Part shown: in pieces, positions 62,321 through 64,000 of the stretch
Position numbering within the stretch: the stretch's first letter is position 1
Layout: each line of letters starts with the position of its first letter
Assembly: GCA_010093605.1 (NCBI GenBank)
Contig: MU004186.1
Coordinates: 451,765 to 515,764 of the forward strand
Source: Lophium mytilinum
Taxonomy: Eukaryota
Length of the DNA stretch: 64,000 bases
Direction of reading: 5' to 3'
Position numbers and translations under genes: made by a program
Notes under the pieces: model-generated
Database searches by the model: none
The model's input: only the letters and a program-made list of their open reading frames with translations
What the model was told of the DNA's origin: nothing

Positions 62321-64000
62321 CTAGAAAGTCGTCGTCGCCAACCGGCTCGCAGCATTCTTGGCATCGATTCTATCTTCATCTTCTTCTCCAACGCCCTTCA
62401 GGCTCCCGGCTCCACTAACAGCGCGCTTCCGACCACCCTTGCCGTCACCCTCCTCGTCCTCTTCATCAATGTCAGCCGGTACGCCAGCCAAACCGCCACT
62501 GACACTCCTGTTGAGTCCATCACCAGGTCTCCGCGGCACGCCAGACCACGCATCGCCCTTGGGGCCCTGTGAGCTAGCAAGGGAAGCCCTCCTCGTGGCT
62601 GGATGCGCCTCACGGCCGAGGCGAGAAAGCCCACCTGAGCCATCAATAGCTCGAATATCCGGGCGTACTTGCTCCAGAGTGGCCAGAGTGCGCCGTTCAG
62701 CTTCGATTTCGCGGACAACGTATTCCCGAATCGCAATCCGCATTTCCGACGCTGATCGAGCAAACCACTTGCGTTGCTCCTGCAGGAGATTGGACGTTAC
62801 TCGTTGAGTTTTCTTCGTAAGGTAGTCTTCGTGACTGCGCGCCTCGTCCAGCGCGGAAATGGCCTCGTCGACTTTGTCGCGTTTGACACTGGAGCTAGCC
62901 TTTAGCCGGTCGGCCGCTGACAGCTTCGAGCGGGTGGTTGCCTGAGCTGCTAGTAGGTCACGGAGGAGGATGTGACGGTTCGTGAGGGTCTCCTTGACGA
63001 TGAACGCATCGCTGCTGTGGTATGTCATGGGATCTCCAAGAGTCGTGGCTTCGGCAGTGCCCTGTGCTGCGTGGAAATCGCCGGTCGCTTGTATGACCTT
63101 TCCGAGTTTGCGATAAGCAGTGCTCAAACCGGGATGCGTCTCCTGAACATGCATAGCGGCAAACTTGACCCCAAGGTCCGATTCGGCGAGACCAAGACCT
63201 GTATGATATCTTAGCCTTAGTCCTCATTCTCAATTTAGAGACTGGGCTTAATGTAACAGGTCTAAATGACATACTTCTTCTGTGTTTGACAACCTTCTCG
63301 ACTTTCTGTCCTGTCGCCATTGTCCCCAAGTAGAATGCTTTGACGATTGGTCTCGCAGCGGCGAGTTCCGGGGTGTCATCCGGTGGCGGCGCAAACTGTT
63401 TTATCACCTTCCGCTTGACACCGGTGGCAGGCTGCTTCCTTCTGACCACAGGACTGTATCCAAAATCGCTTTCCACAAAGAACACCATCTCTTCATCCCT
63501 CATCAACACATCATTCCCACACACCACATTCAGCCATCGCTGCAAGGATGCCTTAACGCGAGCTTCGTCTTCGTCAGTACCAACGCCAGCGGAAGTCAGT
63601 GGTGGAGGAACAGCGGGGACAAAAGCTTCGGGATTGGCGGATATGAGGTGTTCGCCCAGTTTTACGAATTCAGAGTGCATGCGGCGCACATCGCGGAACT
63701 GGGTAGTGCGGAACTTCGGTAGGTTTGTCTATAGGCATGATGTTTAGTTCGGATAGCTGCATGACGCCTTGTCGCAACCGTACGCCAGGTGTTTACATAC
63801 GTATACGTCGAACCGTAGAATGGGATCCTTTCGCCCTGTTCGCTCCAACCCAGTGATCTTTGCTGAAAGCTTGTATTGAGGCTGTTGTTGACGCTGCTGA
63901 CGAGCTCCATGATGATATCGCTGGGGCTCGTGTCTCTGGTGCTCTTGTGGACCGCGAGTTGGCGATGGCGGCTGCTGTTGGTTTGAGGCATGTTCTCCGT
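62321..64000 (-). CDS. VPS17: Retromer sorting nexin Vps17 (PX + BAR); 5' end lies outside the window
   Basis: LERTGRKDPILRFDV, RRMHSEFVKLGEHLISANPEAFVPAVPP, DAFIVKETLTNRHIL, C-terminus IDAKNAASRLATTTF*. Confidence 0.9.

Overview
Gene-dense, intron-containing DNA from a filamentous ascomycete (Pezizomycotina; a Dothideomycete is plausible but cannot be proven here). I recognise about 22 protein genes: a USP34-like deubiquitinase (5' truncated), ADAM metalloprotease, acetyl-CoA synthetase, squalene epoxidase ERG1, CorA-like protein, sulfite-oxidase-family enzyme, Tsp3-like tetraspanin, MARVEL protein, two divergent Zn alcohol dehydrogenases, a BTB gene with one in-frame TAG, a SAP/Acinus-like protein, arginine-specific CPSase small subunit, GH3 beta-glucosidase, SDR, FAD oxidoreductase, a small DUF5872-like protein, a GNAT/Zn2Cys6/TauD trio and VPS17 (5' truncated). 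The ORF track misses several elements: a three-exon arginine attenuator peptide uORF, three MITEs with different end and target-duplication signatures (TA; 8-bp hAT-type; CACAGTG ends with 4-bp duplication), a decayed tRNA-Arg(ACG) and a 9-bp-period minisatellite. The best leads for new biology are the BTB gene with its single UAG (A-to-I stop correction, readthrough or point mutation), the CACAGTG-ended MITE and the GNAT-TF-dioxygenase module. Exon boundaries and family assignments were made by eye; no database search was run.
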